Positions 19,152-27,819 of a stretch of 32,000 nucleotides of DNA are shown here, one piece after another. Below the pieces are notes generated by a model. It was not told the origin of the DNA. It saw only the letters and a program-made list of their open reading frames with translations, and ran no database searches. A program made the position numbers and the translations under genes. The DNA comes from Corynebacterium glutamicum ATCC 13032 (GTDB lineage: Bacteria > Actinomycetota > Actinomycetes > Mycobacteriales > Mycobacteriaceae). The number at the start of each line of letters is the position of its first letter. The first letter of the stretch is position 1. The stretch lies in the NCBI RefSeq assembly GCF_000011325.1, contig NC_003450.3:570001-602000 (forward strand). Reading direction: 5' to 3'.

Positions 19152-19238
19152 CACTTATTGACAGCCTTTTCTTTTTTAGATGACTTTCTAAAAAGCACGA
19201 CACTAGGCAAGACAAGAAGAACTCGGGGGAGTTAGAAA

Positions 19239-22200
19239 ATGACAACATCAGTGGAGCGACAAGAACAATCACCAACTGGTTACATCGTGGAACCGGTGAC
19301 GTGGCCAGAACGCGATCCGGCGCCACCGCTGCCAACGGAGCCGCTGATCGCTGAAGCTGTGCCACAAGCGGTACGTCCAGCGCCGAAACCACTGCTCAAA
19401 GTATTGATGCCTGTGATCATGGTGGCCATGGTGGCCATGGTGCTGGCGATGGTGGCGCTGATGATCCTTACCAGTGGGCAGTTAAATCCTATGGTCTTGA
19501 TTTTTCCAATGATGATGGGTATGAGCGTCCTGATGATGTTCGCCCCACCTGAAGGTGACGATACTGATGAGGTTCGGCGCACCTATTTACGTCACCTGGG
19601 TGCATTGCGGGCGAAAGCGACAGATCACGCGGCGATGCAGCGCAGGCATGAATGGCACAGGCATCCTGATCCAGCAACCTTGTGGTCCACGTTGGGGACT
19701 CGGCGGATGTGGGAGCGCACCCAAGATGATCAAGATTGTTTGGAAATCCGTTTTGGTTTGGGCGTGACCAGGCTTGATCCGGCTATTAACGTGAGTGATT
19801 CGGGTGCGCCGGAGGATCTTGATCCGGTATGTGCGGTGTCGTTGCGTCACACCATTCGGGATGTGGGGTCGGTGCAGAGCATGCCGGTGTCGGTTCAGTT
19901 GCAGGCGTTTCGATTCATTGGGCTCAACGGTGCGGGCGCACATGATCTGGCGCGGGCGCTGGTTGTGCAGTTGTTGTACCACCACGGACCGGAGGTGGTG
20001 GGTATCAAAGCGATCGGGGAGTCGGGTTGGGAGTGGCTGAAATGGGTACCGCACACCCGCGATCCGGAGAAGGCAGCCTTTCGGATTTTGCTGGTGGATT
20101 CCGTGTTGACCAACGGCACCGAAAGCTTCATTGATGACCCCCAATGGACCACGATCATCAACGTTGGCGCGCAGACCAGCACCGCATTGGGCCAGCTGGC
20201 AGAGGATGAAGGGCTGCTGTTGCACGTCGATAAGCGTCTGCATGTGGCTACCGCGCACGGCGCGGAGGAGCTGGGCACGCCGGATGCGGTTAGCGCTGAG
20301 CTTGCGGAGGTTTTTGGCCGCCGTTTGACTGCTTTTCGACGCACAACCACAGCACACGCGGCGAGCTCTGGTGAATTGCTGTCCCTTTTGGGGATTGATG
20401 ACGTGGAGCATTTAACTCCAGAAACCTTATGGATGAACAAGCGCACGCAGCCTAAAACTCGTTTGGCGGTGCCCTTGGGTTTGAACGCGTCCGGTCGGCC
20501 GATGGTACTGGATCTGAAGGAATCGGCGCACGGCGGAATGGGACCACATGGGCTGTGCATCGGCGCTACTGGCAGCGGAAAATCCGAACTTTTAAGAACA
20601 CTTGTTCTAGGTTTGACGATCACCCATTCGCCTGAGGAATTGAATCTGGTGTTGGTGGATTTTAAAGGTGGCGCCACCTTTTTGGGCTTCGAGCAGCTGC
20701 CTCACACGTCCGCGGTGATCACCAACTTGGAGGAAGAGTCCGTGCTGGTGGAGCGCATGCATGATGCGATTTCGGGTGAGATGAACCGCAGGCAAGAAGC
20801 CCTTCGGCAGGCAGGTGGCTGCGCCAATGTGGATGAATACAACCAGCGTGATGGTGTGAAACCGATGCCCGCGCTGCTCATTGTGATCGATGAATTCTCG
20901 GAGTTGCTTGGCCAACATCCCGATTTCGCAGACCTATTCGTCGCCGTCGGACGCTTGGGCCGTTCCTTACACATCCATTTGTTGCTCGCTAGCCAACGTC
21001 TGGAAGAGGGGCGGTTGCGCGGATTGGATTCCCACTTGTCCTACCGGATCGGCTTAAAAACCTTTTCCGCATCCGAATCGCGCCAGGTATTAGGCATCAC
21101 TGACGCATATCAATTACCCAGCCAACCCGGCGCAGGTTTCCTCAAATCCGACGTCGACACCGTCACCCGCTTCCAAGCAAGTTATGTATCCGGCCCCATC
21201 ATGCGTCGCCATCACCTCGCACCAACGCAGTCCCGGGTGCGCCTTTTTACCAGCTGGGAGGAACCCAAAGAGGAGGTGATTGTCGAGCAAAGCACCGAGA
21301 CGCTTATCGACGCCGTGGTTGCGCGCGCCATCAGCGCCGCGAAGTTGCGGGGGTTAAGCGCTCATCGCATCTGGTTGCCACCGTTGCCGGCAGAAGTTTC
21401 GATTGGTGCTTTGGCTGATGATGTCGGTGAGCTAAGCGCCGTGATCGGGATGATCGATAGACCCTATCAACAGCGACAAGATCCATTGCTGATTGATTTT
21501 TCTCTCAACGGTGGAAGCGGACACTGGGCTATTTGTGGTGGGCCCCAAACCGGAAAGTCCACGGCATTGCGCAGCATCGTGATCTCCATGGCAGCAACGC
21601 ATAGCACAGAAAACATCCGCTTTTACGTGCTGGATTTATCTGGAACCTCCCTGGAAAATCTCTCCCGGCTGCCTCATGTTGCAGGCGTGGCAGGACGCAA
21701 AGATCCAGAGAAAGTCCGCCGAGTTGTCGATGAAGTACGAGGCCTGATCAACCACCCTGAACAACGCCACACCTTCCTTATTGTGGACGGCTGGCACACC
21801 ATCACCCAAGAATTCGACGAGCTTTTCGACGCCTTCGTAGACATCGCCGCCAACGGCCTTGCCTCGCGGGTGCATTTAGTTTTAAGCACTCAACGCTGGA
21901 GTTCCATCCGCCCCGCGGTCCGCGATCTGGTGACTGGCAGAATCGAATTGAAACTCGGCGAAGCCATGGATTCGGTGATTGATCGTAAAGCTCAGCTTCG
22001 GATCCCGTCGAAACCTGGGCGTGGCCTCAACCTGGATAAAGAACACATCCTTATTGCTCATGCGTCTGGCCAAGACATCGCCCAGGTATGCGTCATGGCC
22101 GATGGGCAAGGATGGCAGCAGGTCCCACAATTAAGCGTGCTGCCTGCGCATATCCTGCTTCACGAGCTTGAGCTTTCTGCGACACCTGGCATCCCGATTG

Positions 22201-22865
22201 CACGGGGAGGTGCTGAACTATCCACGCTGACGTGGGATCCAGAATCCAGCCGCCACCTTCTAGCTTTTGGTTCTCAAGGTTGTGGCAAATCCTCGCTGAT
22301 CCGCACGATTGTCACGGGTCTGACAATTGTGGGGCGGGAGAAAGCACGCTTGGTATTTTTCGACCTTCGACGCACCCACCTAGGCCTGGTCCCCGAAGAC
22401 ATGTTGGCTGCTTATTGTGCTACTTCCACAGCAGTCCACAACACCATCAAAGACATGGTGGCTACGCTATCCGCCAGACTTCCAGGACCTGATATCACCG
22501 CCCAAGAACTCCGCGATCGTTCCTGGTGGCAGGGGCCCGACATTTATTTAGTTATCGATGATTATGATTTGCTCCCCGCCGGCACCCTGCACCCGCTGCG
22601 CGAGATCATCCCGCATGCAAGAGACGTAGGCCTGCACATCGTGCTCACCCGCAAAGCCGGTGGCGCCTCGCGTGCGCTCTACGATCCGGTCATGTCCGAG
22701 ATCAAGGACCAATCACCGCACGTCGTGCTTTTCGACGCCGACCGCGACGAAGGCGCTATCCTAGGCATCAAACCCACAGCACAACCACCAGGACGTGCCA
22801 CGATGTCCATCCGTGGTGAAAACATCGGTGTTGCACAGATGGCACGCATAGGTGATGACTCATGA
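19239..22865 (+). CDS. eccC: Type VII secretion system FtsK/SpoIIIE-family ATPase EccC
   Basis: 1208 aa. Two N-terminal TM helices. Three P-loops: GATGSGKSE, GGPQTGKST and GSQGCGKSS. Walker B is canonical only in domain 1 (LLIVIDEFSEL); domains 2 and 3 have LIVDGW and LVIDDYD. Confidence 0.93.
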   Translation: MTTSVERQEQSPTGYIVEPVTWPERDPAPPLPTEPLIAEAVPQAVRPAPKPLLKVLMPVIMVAMVAMVLAMVALMILTSGQLNPMVLIFPMMMGMSVLMMFAPPEGDDTDEVRRTYLRHLGALRAKATDHAAMQRRHEWHRHPDPATLWSTLGTRRMWERTQDDQDCLEIRFGLGVTRLDPAINVSDSGAPEDLDPVCAVSLRHTIRDVGSVQSMPVSVQLQAFRFIGLNGAGAHDLARALVVQLLYHHGPEVVGIKAIGESGWEWLKWVPHTRDPEKAAFRILLVDSVLTNGTESFIDDPQWTTIINVGAQTSTALGQLAEDEGLLLHVDKRLHVATAHGAEELGTPDAVSAELAEVFGRRLTAFRRTTTAHAASSGELLSLLGIDDVEHLTPETLWMNKRTQPKTRLAVPLGLNASGRPMVLDLKESAHGGMGPHGLCIGATGSGKSELLRTLVLGLTITHSPEELNLVLVDFKGGATFLGFEQLPHTSAVITNLEEESVLVERMHDAISGEMNRRQEALRQAGGCANVDEYNQRDGVKPMPALLIVIDEFSELLGQHPDFADLFVAVGRLGRSLHIHLLLASQRLEEGRLRGLDSHLSYRIGLKTFSASESRQVLGITDAYQLPSQPGAGFLKSDVDTVTRFQASYVSGPIMRRHHLAPTQSRVRLFTSWEEPKEEVIVEQSTETLIDAVVARAISAAKLRGLSAHRIWLPPLPAEVSIGALADDVGELSAVIGMIDRPYQQRQDPLLIDFSLNGGSGHWAICGGPQTGKSTALRSIVISMAATHSTENIRFYVLDLSGTSLENLSRLPHVAGVAGRKDPEKVRRVVDEVRGLINHPEQRHTFLIVDGWHTITQEFDELFDAFVDIAANGLASRVHLVLSTQRWSSIRPAVRDLVTGRIELKLGEAMDSVIDRKAQLRIPSKPGRGLNLDKEHILIAHASGQDIAQVCVMADGQGWQQVPQLSVLPAHILLHELELSATPGIPIARGGAELSTLTWDPESSRHLLAFGSQGCGKSSLIRTIVTGLTIVGREKARLVFFDLRRTHLGLVPEDMLAAYCATSTAVHNTIKDMVATLSARLPGPDITAQELRDRSWWQGPDIYLVIDDYDLLPAGTLHPLREIIPHARDVGLHIVLTRKAGGASRALYDPVMSEIKDQSPHVVLFDADRDEGAILGIKPTAQPPGRATMSIRGENIGVAQMARIGDDS

Positions 22866-23764
22866 GCACCCAAACAATCACCATCACAGTCCTAGAAACC
22901 GCCACCATCTTTGACGGCCCTGAAACCATCTACCGCTATGACCTGGCTGCCGAAGGCATCCTTGATGGATGGGCTCACTCTGCTGTGCTGGATCAAGTGA
23001 AACAAATAGCAGGTGAAAACTGGCCGACTGTTGAGATCGTGGTGGATGGCACCGACAACGTAGTCAATGCACTCACCTCCATGTTTGCTTCCAAAGGCGT
23101 GACCTGCGGTGGGGTTGGAGTAGAAGCACCTCCCGTTGCGGAGGAACCACCGAAAATTAAACGGCCCACGAGTGGAAAACAAGTCCGCCAGTTCTACGGC
23201 ATCAAGCCACTACACCTGTTGTTGGTCAGCATATTGGTTGGTTCTATTGCTGGTATTTGGGTGATTTCGGGTTTCACTGGGCCAGTGGACTCACGGCCGG
23301 TAGATAAGGTGGCGGAGATTTCAACGCAGGGGGAGACGTCGATAAGCAATCAACCCCAACCCCAGCCCACCGTGCTCGTGACCGAGGACCTGCTTATTGA
23401 GGCGCCATTTGGTTTTGAAATGCGAAGCGACGAACAGTCGCGCTACCTGGAAGGCCCCGACCCGAATCTGCGCATCCACGTGGGCGTCGATCCGCTGCAC
23501 GGCGCGGACGCCGCGCTGGTTGCCGAAGAGCTGCGCCGCCTGATCACCGAGGATCCTTCGCTGGAGGAAATTCCCGCAGGGGAGTGGGGCGAGAAAACCA
23601 CCATCGACTACCGCGAAACACCCGGCGATGGCTCTCATGTGCTGTGGGTGACCTGGTTTGACACCGACCGACAACTCAACGTTGGGTGCCATAGCAAAGC
23701 CGCCGAAACCCTTGTTCACAAGGCACAATGCCGAAATGTGATTGAGCATCTGACGCTGAAATGA
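22862..23764 (+). CDS. T7SS-associated single-pass membrane protein (Rv3446c-like by position)
   Basis: 300 aa. ATGA overlap with eccC. One TM helix (LLLVSILVGSIAGIWVISGF). It occupies the slot held by Rv3446c between eccC4 and esxU in mycobacterial ESX-4 (from memory). Confidence 0.55.
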   Translation: MSTQTITITVLETATIFDGPETIYRYDLAAEGILDGWAHSAVLDQVKQIAGENWPTVEIVVDGTDNVVNALTSMFASKGVTCGGVGVEAPPVAEEPPKIKRPTSGKQVRQFYGIKPLHLLLVSILVGSIAGIWVISGFTGPVDSRPVDKVAEISTQGETSISNQPQPQPTVLVTEDLLIEAPFGFEMRSDEQSRYLEGPDPNLRIHVGVDPLHGADAALVAEELRRLITEDPSLEEIPAGEWGEKTTIDYRETPGDGSHVLWVTWFDTDRQLNVGCHSKAAETLVHKAQCRNVIEHLTLK

Positions 23765-23814
23765 TGCCGGTTTCTATCCGGAATAGGGCCGGAATAAAAA
23801 AGTTTTGAAAAATA

Positions 23815-23844
23815 GGGAACCAAAACGCGACTTTCACAGTCCAA
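23815..23844 (+). promoter_or_regulatory. ECF-sigma-type promoter copy P3 (GGGAAC-N18-GTCCAA) upstream of the WXG100 pair
   Basis: GGGAACcaaaacgcgactttcacaGTCCAAca, 90 nt before ATG 23935. Confidence 0.6.
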
Positions 23845-23934
23845 CATAAATAGGAAAGGCAAAAAGCTTTTCCGGGGGAACACCAGAGAAACTGGTGAAC
23901 TTTAAAATCATTTCGTTCGAGGAGGGGCGAACCA

Positions 23935-24261
23935 ATGTCAAATCTTTTCAGGACAGAATCCGATGTGATGCTCGCGACGGCGAGCCAGGTAGACGACATT
24001 AACGATCAAGTTCAGGGCGAACTGAGCCGACTTCGCGGAGTTGTTGATTCCGTACGCGGCAGCTGGGCCGGCCAAGCACAGGTCAGCTTCGACTCCCTGA
24101 TGAACCGCTGGAACTCATCAGCACGCCAACTGCAGGAAGCACTGGCGTCCATCTCTGACAACATCCGCCACAACGCGCGCAGCTTCGAAAACACTGAAGC
24201 CGACAACTCCCAGGCATTCAACGCTGTCGGTGCTGGCGACGGCGCTGGACTCCCACTGTAA
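23935..24261 (+). CDS. WXG100 family T7SS substrate (EsxB/EsxU-like, longer partner)
   Basis: 108 aa. W44-A45-G46 at the helix-turn-helix position. C-terminal FENTEADNSQAF fits the hydrophobic-xxx-D/E-x7-hydrophobic export motif. SD GAGGAGGGG. Confidence 0.88.
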   Translation: MSNLFRTESDVMLATASQVDDINDQVQGELSRLRGVVDSVRGSWAGQAQVSFDSLMNRWNSSARQLQEALASISDNIRHNARSFENTEADNSQAFNAVGAGDGAGLPL

Positions 24262-24292
24262 AACTCTCAAAGAAGAATAAGGAACCAAGAAC

Positions 24293-24583
24293 ATGGACAT
24301 GATCCGCTATGAATTCGGTGCCATCCAAGGTGCCGCAACCGACATCAACTCCACCTCAGGTCGAATCAACTCTCTACTTGATGGCCTGAAATCTCAACTG
24401 CAGCCGATGGTAGCCAGCTGGGAGGGCGAATCCAGCGAAGCATACAGCGAGGCGCAGCTGAAGTGGGACCGCGCAGCAGCAGAACTCAACACCATCCTTG
24501 CCACCATCTCCAACACCGTTGCCCAAGGCGCTGAACGTATGTCTGATGTGAACCGCCGCGCAGCAGCAAGCTGGGGTGCATAA
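24293..24583 (+). CDS. WXG100 family T7SS substrate (EsxA/EsxT-like, shorter partner)
   Basis: 96 aa with W43-E44-G45. Starts 31 nt after its partner gene. Confidence 0.88.
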   Translation: MDMIRYEFGAIQGAATDINSTSGRINSLLDGLKSQLQPMVASWEGESSEAYSEAQLKWDRAAAELNTILATISNTVAQGAERMSDVNRRAAASWGA

Positions 24584-24722
24584 GGGCTAGTTGTAAAGGC
24601 TGGCTTTGATTGCTAGCGGGGTTGCTGCACTTTTTAAAAAGGCAAAAAATAGCGAAAACACACCCCAGGTTTTTCCCGTAACCCCGCTAGGCTATGCAAT
24701 TTCGGTTTAACCCAGTTTTTCA

Positions 24723-24768
24723 AAGAAGGTCACTAGCTTTTCCGCTGGTCACCTTCTTTTTGGTTTTT
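24723..24768 (+). terminator. Rho-independent terminator of the esx transcript
   Basis: AAGAAGGT (24723-24730) pairs with ACCTTCTT (24751-24758) and is followed by TTTGGTTTTT. Confidence 0.65.
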
Positions 24769-24938
24769 CAACGCAGAGATAGTACACTTTACTCTTTGTG
24801 TGTGGAGTCAAACCTCCCCTTTAAGGGGTGCGCTTGGACAGCAGGACAAATTCGGGTCACCACCGGCCGCCGAATTTAGCTTCCTTCCGAACATATTCCT
24901 GGCTGGCAGTTCTAGACCGACTAATTCAAGGAGTCATT

Positions 24939-25382
24939 GTGTCTACTTACCACCCGAAGAGCGGTGACATCACCCGTAAGTGGTACGTCATCGACGCCAC
25001 TGACGTGGTTCTGGGTCGCCTGGCAACCCACGCCGCTGACCTACTTCGCGGCAAGGGCAAGCCTTTGTACGCACCTAACGTTGACTGCGGCGACCACGTA
25101 ATCGTGATCAACGCTGACAAGGTTGCAGTTACCTCCAACAAGCGCGAGCGCGAAATGCGTTACCGCCACTCCGGTTACCCTGGTGGCCTGAAGTCCATGA
25201 CCCTGGGTCGTTCCCTGGATCTGCACCCAGAGCGCACCATCGAGGATTCCATCGTCGGCATGATGCCACACAACAAGCTCACTGCTGCTTCCGCAAAGAA
25301 GCTGCACGTTTTCTCCGGCTCCGAGCACCCATACGCTGCTCAGAAGCCTGAGGCCTACGAGATCAAGAAGGTGGCCCAGTAA
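24939..25382 (+). CDS. rplM: 50S ribosomal protein L13
   Basis: GTG start preceded by AAGGAG. (M)[28 protein letters not shown]..., 147 aa. The track ORF from 24828 is an extension. Confidence 0.95.
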   Translation: MSTYHPKSGDITRKWYVIDATDVVLGRLATHAADLLRGKGKPLYAPNVDCGDHVIVINADKVAVTSNKREREMRYRHSGYPGGLKSMTLGRSLDLHPERTIEDSIVGMMPHNKLTAASAKKLHVFSGSEHPYAAQKPEAYEIKKVAQ

Positions 25383-25930
25383 TGTCAGAGCCTATCCAGA
25401 ACGAGAACGTAGAGAGCAACGTCGCAGACGCTGCTGACATCGCTGCAGCAACCGCTGCAACCGAGGAGTTCACCAACACCATCGGCGATGCAATTGCTAC
25501 TGCTTCCGAAGAAGAGACCATCGAGGCTGCACCAGTAGTACTCGACGGCCCAATCCAGACCGTTGGTCGCCGTAAGCGCGCCATCGTTCGCGTCCGCCTT
25601 GTAGCTGGCTCCGGCGAGTTCAAGTGCAACGGTCGCACCCTGGAAGAGTACTTCCCTAACAAGCTGCACCAGCAGCTGATCAAGGCTCCTTTGGTCCTCC
25701 TGGACCGCGAGAACCAGTTCGACATCGTTGCAACCCTGAAGGGTGGTGGCCCAACCGGACAGGCTGGCGCATTCCGCCTCGCAATTGCACGTGCACTGAA
25801 CGCATACAACCCAGCAGAGCGCGGCGAGCTGAAGAAGGCTGGCTTCCTCACTCGTGACGCTCGTGCAGTTGAGCGTAAGAAGGCTGGTCTGCACAAGGCA
25901 CGTCGTGCACCTCAGTACTCCAAGCGTTGA
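25382..25930 (+). CDS. rpsI: 30S ribosomal protein S9 with acidic N-terminal extension
   Basis: 182 aa. The C-terminus ...[16 protein letters not shown] is the S9 signature. TAATG overlap with rplM. Confidence 0.95.
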   Translation: MSEPIQNENVESNVADAADIAAATAATEEFTNTIGDAIATASEEETIEAAPVVLDGPIQTVGRRKRAIVRVRLVAGSGEFKCNGRTLEEYFPNKLHQQLIKAPLVLLDRENQFDIVATLKGGGPTGQAGAFRLAIARALNAYNPAERGELKKAGFLTRDARAVERKKAGLHKARRAPQYSKR

Positions 25931-25950
25931 TATTTACTCAACGTTTGCGC

Positions 25951-25990
25951 AAACCCGTTTCGCCGAATTTCTCGGTGGGGCGGGTTTTCC
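25951..25990 (+). terminator. Probable terminator after rpsI
   Basis: AAACCCG...CGGGTTT with inner CGCCGA/TCGGTG stem, followed by a T-rich stretch. Confidence 0.5.
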
Positions 25991-26095
25991 GCATTCTTGG
26001 GGTTTCTTGTGACTTAGGGACTTGGGTTTACACAGCTCAACCGAAGAAAAATTGTTCAATAGAGTTTTGAACAATGCGATCTTGGCCAGGCCGTG

Positions 26096-26101
26096 CATAA
26101 T
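26096..26101 (+). promoter_or_regulatory. Candidate -10 box (CATAAT) giving a leaderless glmM transcript
   Basis: CATAAT ends 7 nt before ATG 26109. No SD in taatcgc. Confidence 0.4.
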
Positions 26102-26108
26102 TAATCGC

Positions 26109-27452
26109 ATGACTCGACTATTTGGAACTGATGGCGTCCGCGGACTAGCCAATGAAGTACTCACCGCACCTTTGGCCTTGAAGCTGGGGGCCGCTGCAGC
26201 TCACGTACTTACCGCAGAGAAACGGGTAGATGGACGTCGCCCGGTTGCGATCGTTGGTAGGGATCCTCGAGTCTCTGGAGAGATGCTCGCGGCAGCACTT
26301 TCAGCAGGCATGGCCAGCCAGGGTGTTGATGTCATTCGTGTTGGTGTCATCCCAACCCCTGCTGTTGCATTCCTCACCGATGATTATGGCGCTGACATGG
26401 GCGTGATGATTTCTGCATCCCACAACCCAATGCCGGACAACGGAATCAAGTTCTTCTCTGCAGGTGGACACAAGCTTCCAGACCATGTGGAAGACGAGAT
26501 TGAGCGTGTTATGGACAGCTTGCCAGCAGAAGGCCCAACAGGGCATGGAGTTGGCCGTGTCATCGAAGAAGCAACCGATGCACAGGACCGTTACCTAGAG
26601 CACCTGAAGGAAGCTGTTCCTACGTCACTTGAAGGCATCAAGATTGTTGTGGATGCAGCCAATGGTGCGGCAAGTGTTGTAGCTCCAACGGCTTATGAGG
26701 CTGCGGGTGCAACTGTAATTGCTATTCATAACAAGCCAGACTCATACAACATCAACATGGACTGCGGTTCCACCCACATTGATCAGGTGCAGGCGGCAGT
26801 CCTGAAGCACGGTGCTGACCTTGGACTCGCGCATGACGGTGATGCTGACCGTTGTTTGGCTGTGGACAAGGATGGCAACCTTGTTGATGGTGACCAAATC
26901 ATGGCGCTGTTAGCCATTGCGATGAAAGAAAACGGCGAGCTGCGCAAGAACACCCTCGTGGGCACTGTCATGAGCAACCTGGGATTGAAGATTGCTATGG
27001 ATGAAGCCGGAATTACACTGCGTACCACCAAGGTAGGAGACCGCTACGTGCTGGAAGACCTCAATGCAGGTGGATTCAGCCTGGGCGGCGAGCAATCTGG
27101 CCACATTGTTCTTCCAGATCATGGCACCACTGGCGATGGAACTTTGACTGGTCTTTCCATCATGGCGCGCATGGCTGAAACCGGAAAGTCCTTGGGCGAG
27201 TTGGCACAAGCTATGACGGTGCTGCCACAGGTTCTGATCAATGTGCCAGTTTCGGATAAGTCCACCATCGTGAGCCACCCAAGCGTTGTGGCTGCGATCG
27301 CGGAAGCAGAAGCTGAGTTGGGCGCCACCGGTCGCGTTCTTCTTCGTGCTTCTGGCACCGAAGAGCTTTTCCGCGTGATGGTTGAGGCTGGAGACAAGGA
27401 ACAAGCTCGTCGTATCGCGGGACGTCTTGCTGCAGTGGTTGCAGAAGTCTAA
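26109..27452 (+). CDS. glmM: Phosphoglucosamine mutase
   Basis: 447 aa from [12 protein letters not shown]. Phosphoserine loop [22 protein letters not shown]-type metal loop (AHDGDADRC). The track ORF from 26022 is an extension. Confidence 0.95.
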   Translation: MTRLFGTDGVRGLANEVLTAPLALKLGAAAAHVLTAEKRVDGRRPVAIVGRDPRVSGEMLAAALSAGMASQGVDVIRVGVIPTPAVAFLTDDYGADMGVMISASHNPMPDNGIKFFSAGGHKLPDHVEDEIERVMDSLPAEGPTGHGVGRVIEEATDAQDRYLEHLKEAVPTSLEGIKIVVDAANGAASVVAPTAYEAAGATVIAIHNKPDSYNINMDCGSTHIDQVQAAVLKHGADLGLAHDGDADRCLAVDKDGNLVDGDQIMALLAIAMKENGELRKNTLVGTVMSNLGLKIAMDEAGITLRTTKVGDRYVLEDLNAGGFSLGGEQSGHIVLPDHGTTGDGTLTGLSIMARMAETGKSLGELAQAMTVLPQVLINVPVSDKSTIVSHPSVVAAIAEAEAELGATGRVLLRASGTEELFRVMVEAGDKEQARRIAGRLAAVVAEV

Positions 27453-27539
27453 TTCACTTCAGTCACAGCGCAACGCGATCTGCGGGGTCGAACCTGCCCA
27501 AAGGCTACTTATATCGAATTAGGCAGGTTTGACGCTTGA

Positions 27540-27587
27540 GGGGCCACATATAGCATCACCAAATGTGCATATGTGACCCCTTTTTCT
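27540..27587 (+). terminator. Rho-independent terminator after glmM
   Basis: GGGGCCACATAT (27540-27551) pairs with ATATGTGACCCC (27569-27580), one mismatch, followed by TTTTT. A second hairpin lies just upstream at 27489-27533. Confidence 0.7.
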
Positions 27588-27789
27588 CGCCTGTTAACTT
27601 GCTGGTCAAGGATCCGTCCCCGGGGAAGTGGGAAATGCTAAAATGGAACGAGCATTCGCATAATGGTCATAAATTAGCGCGAATATTCGATCAATTTTGG
27701 CGGAAAGTTCAGAAAATGATCGAGAATTTGCATTGCCAGTCCTGCGCAGGACTGGAACACACATCCTTCGAGAAAAGTTTCCCCAAATT

Positions 27790-27819
27790 GGGAACCTAAA
27801 CGCCTTTGAGACAGTCAAA
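27790..27819 (+). promoter_or_regulatory. ECF-sigma-type promoter copy P4 (GGGAAC-N18-GTCAAA) upstream of the orphan three-gene operon
   Basis: GGGAACctaaacgcctttgagacaGTCAAAcc, 72 nt before GTG 27892. Confidence 0.6.

Noticed and set aside
24694-24938. 61-aa ORF (24694-24879) and the 37-codon upstream extension of rplM (from 24828).
   Set aside because: They run through the esx terminator and leader hairpins. L13 clearly begins at GTG 24939, which has a perfect AAGGAG SD.
27644-27671. TGGAAC-N16-GTCATA in the orphan-operon upstream region as a second ECF-type promoter.
   Set aside because: The spacer is 2 nt short and the flanks differ from the four strong copies. It also overlaps the better-supported sigma-A-like TGcTAAAAT.
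27563-27818. 78-aa (+) and 70-aa (-) ORFs in the glmM-downstream spacer.
   Set aside because: They overlap each other. The + ORF starts inside the glmM terminator hairpin. There is no SD, the region is AT-rich and non-coding-like, and the peptides have odd composition.
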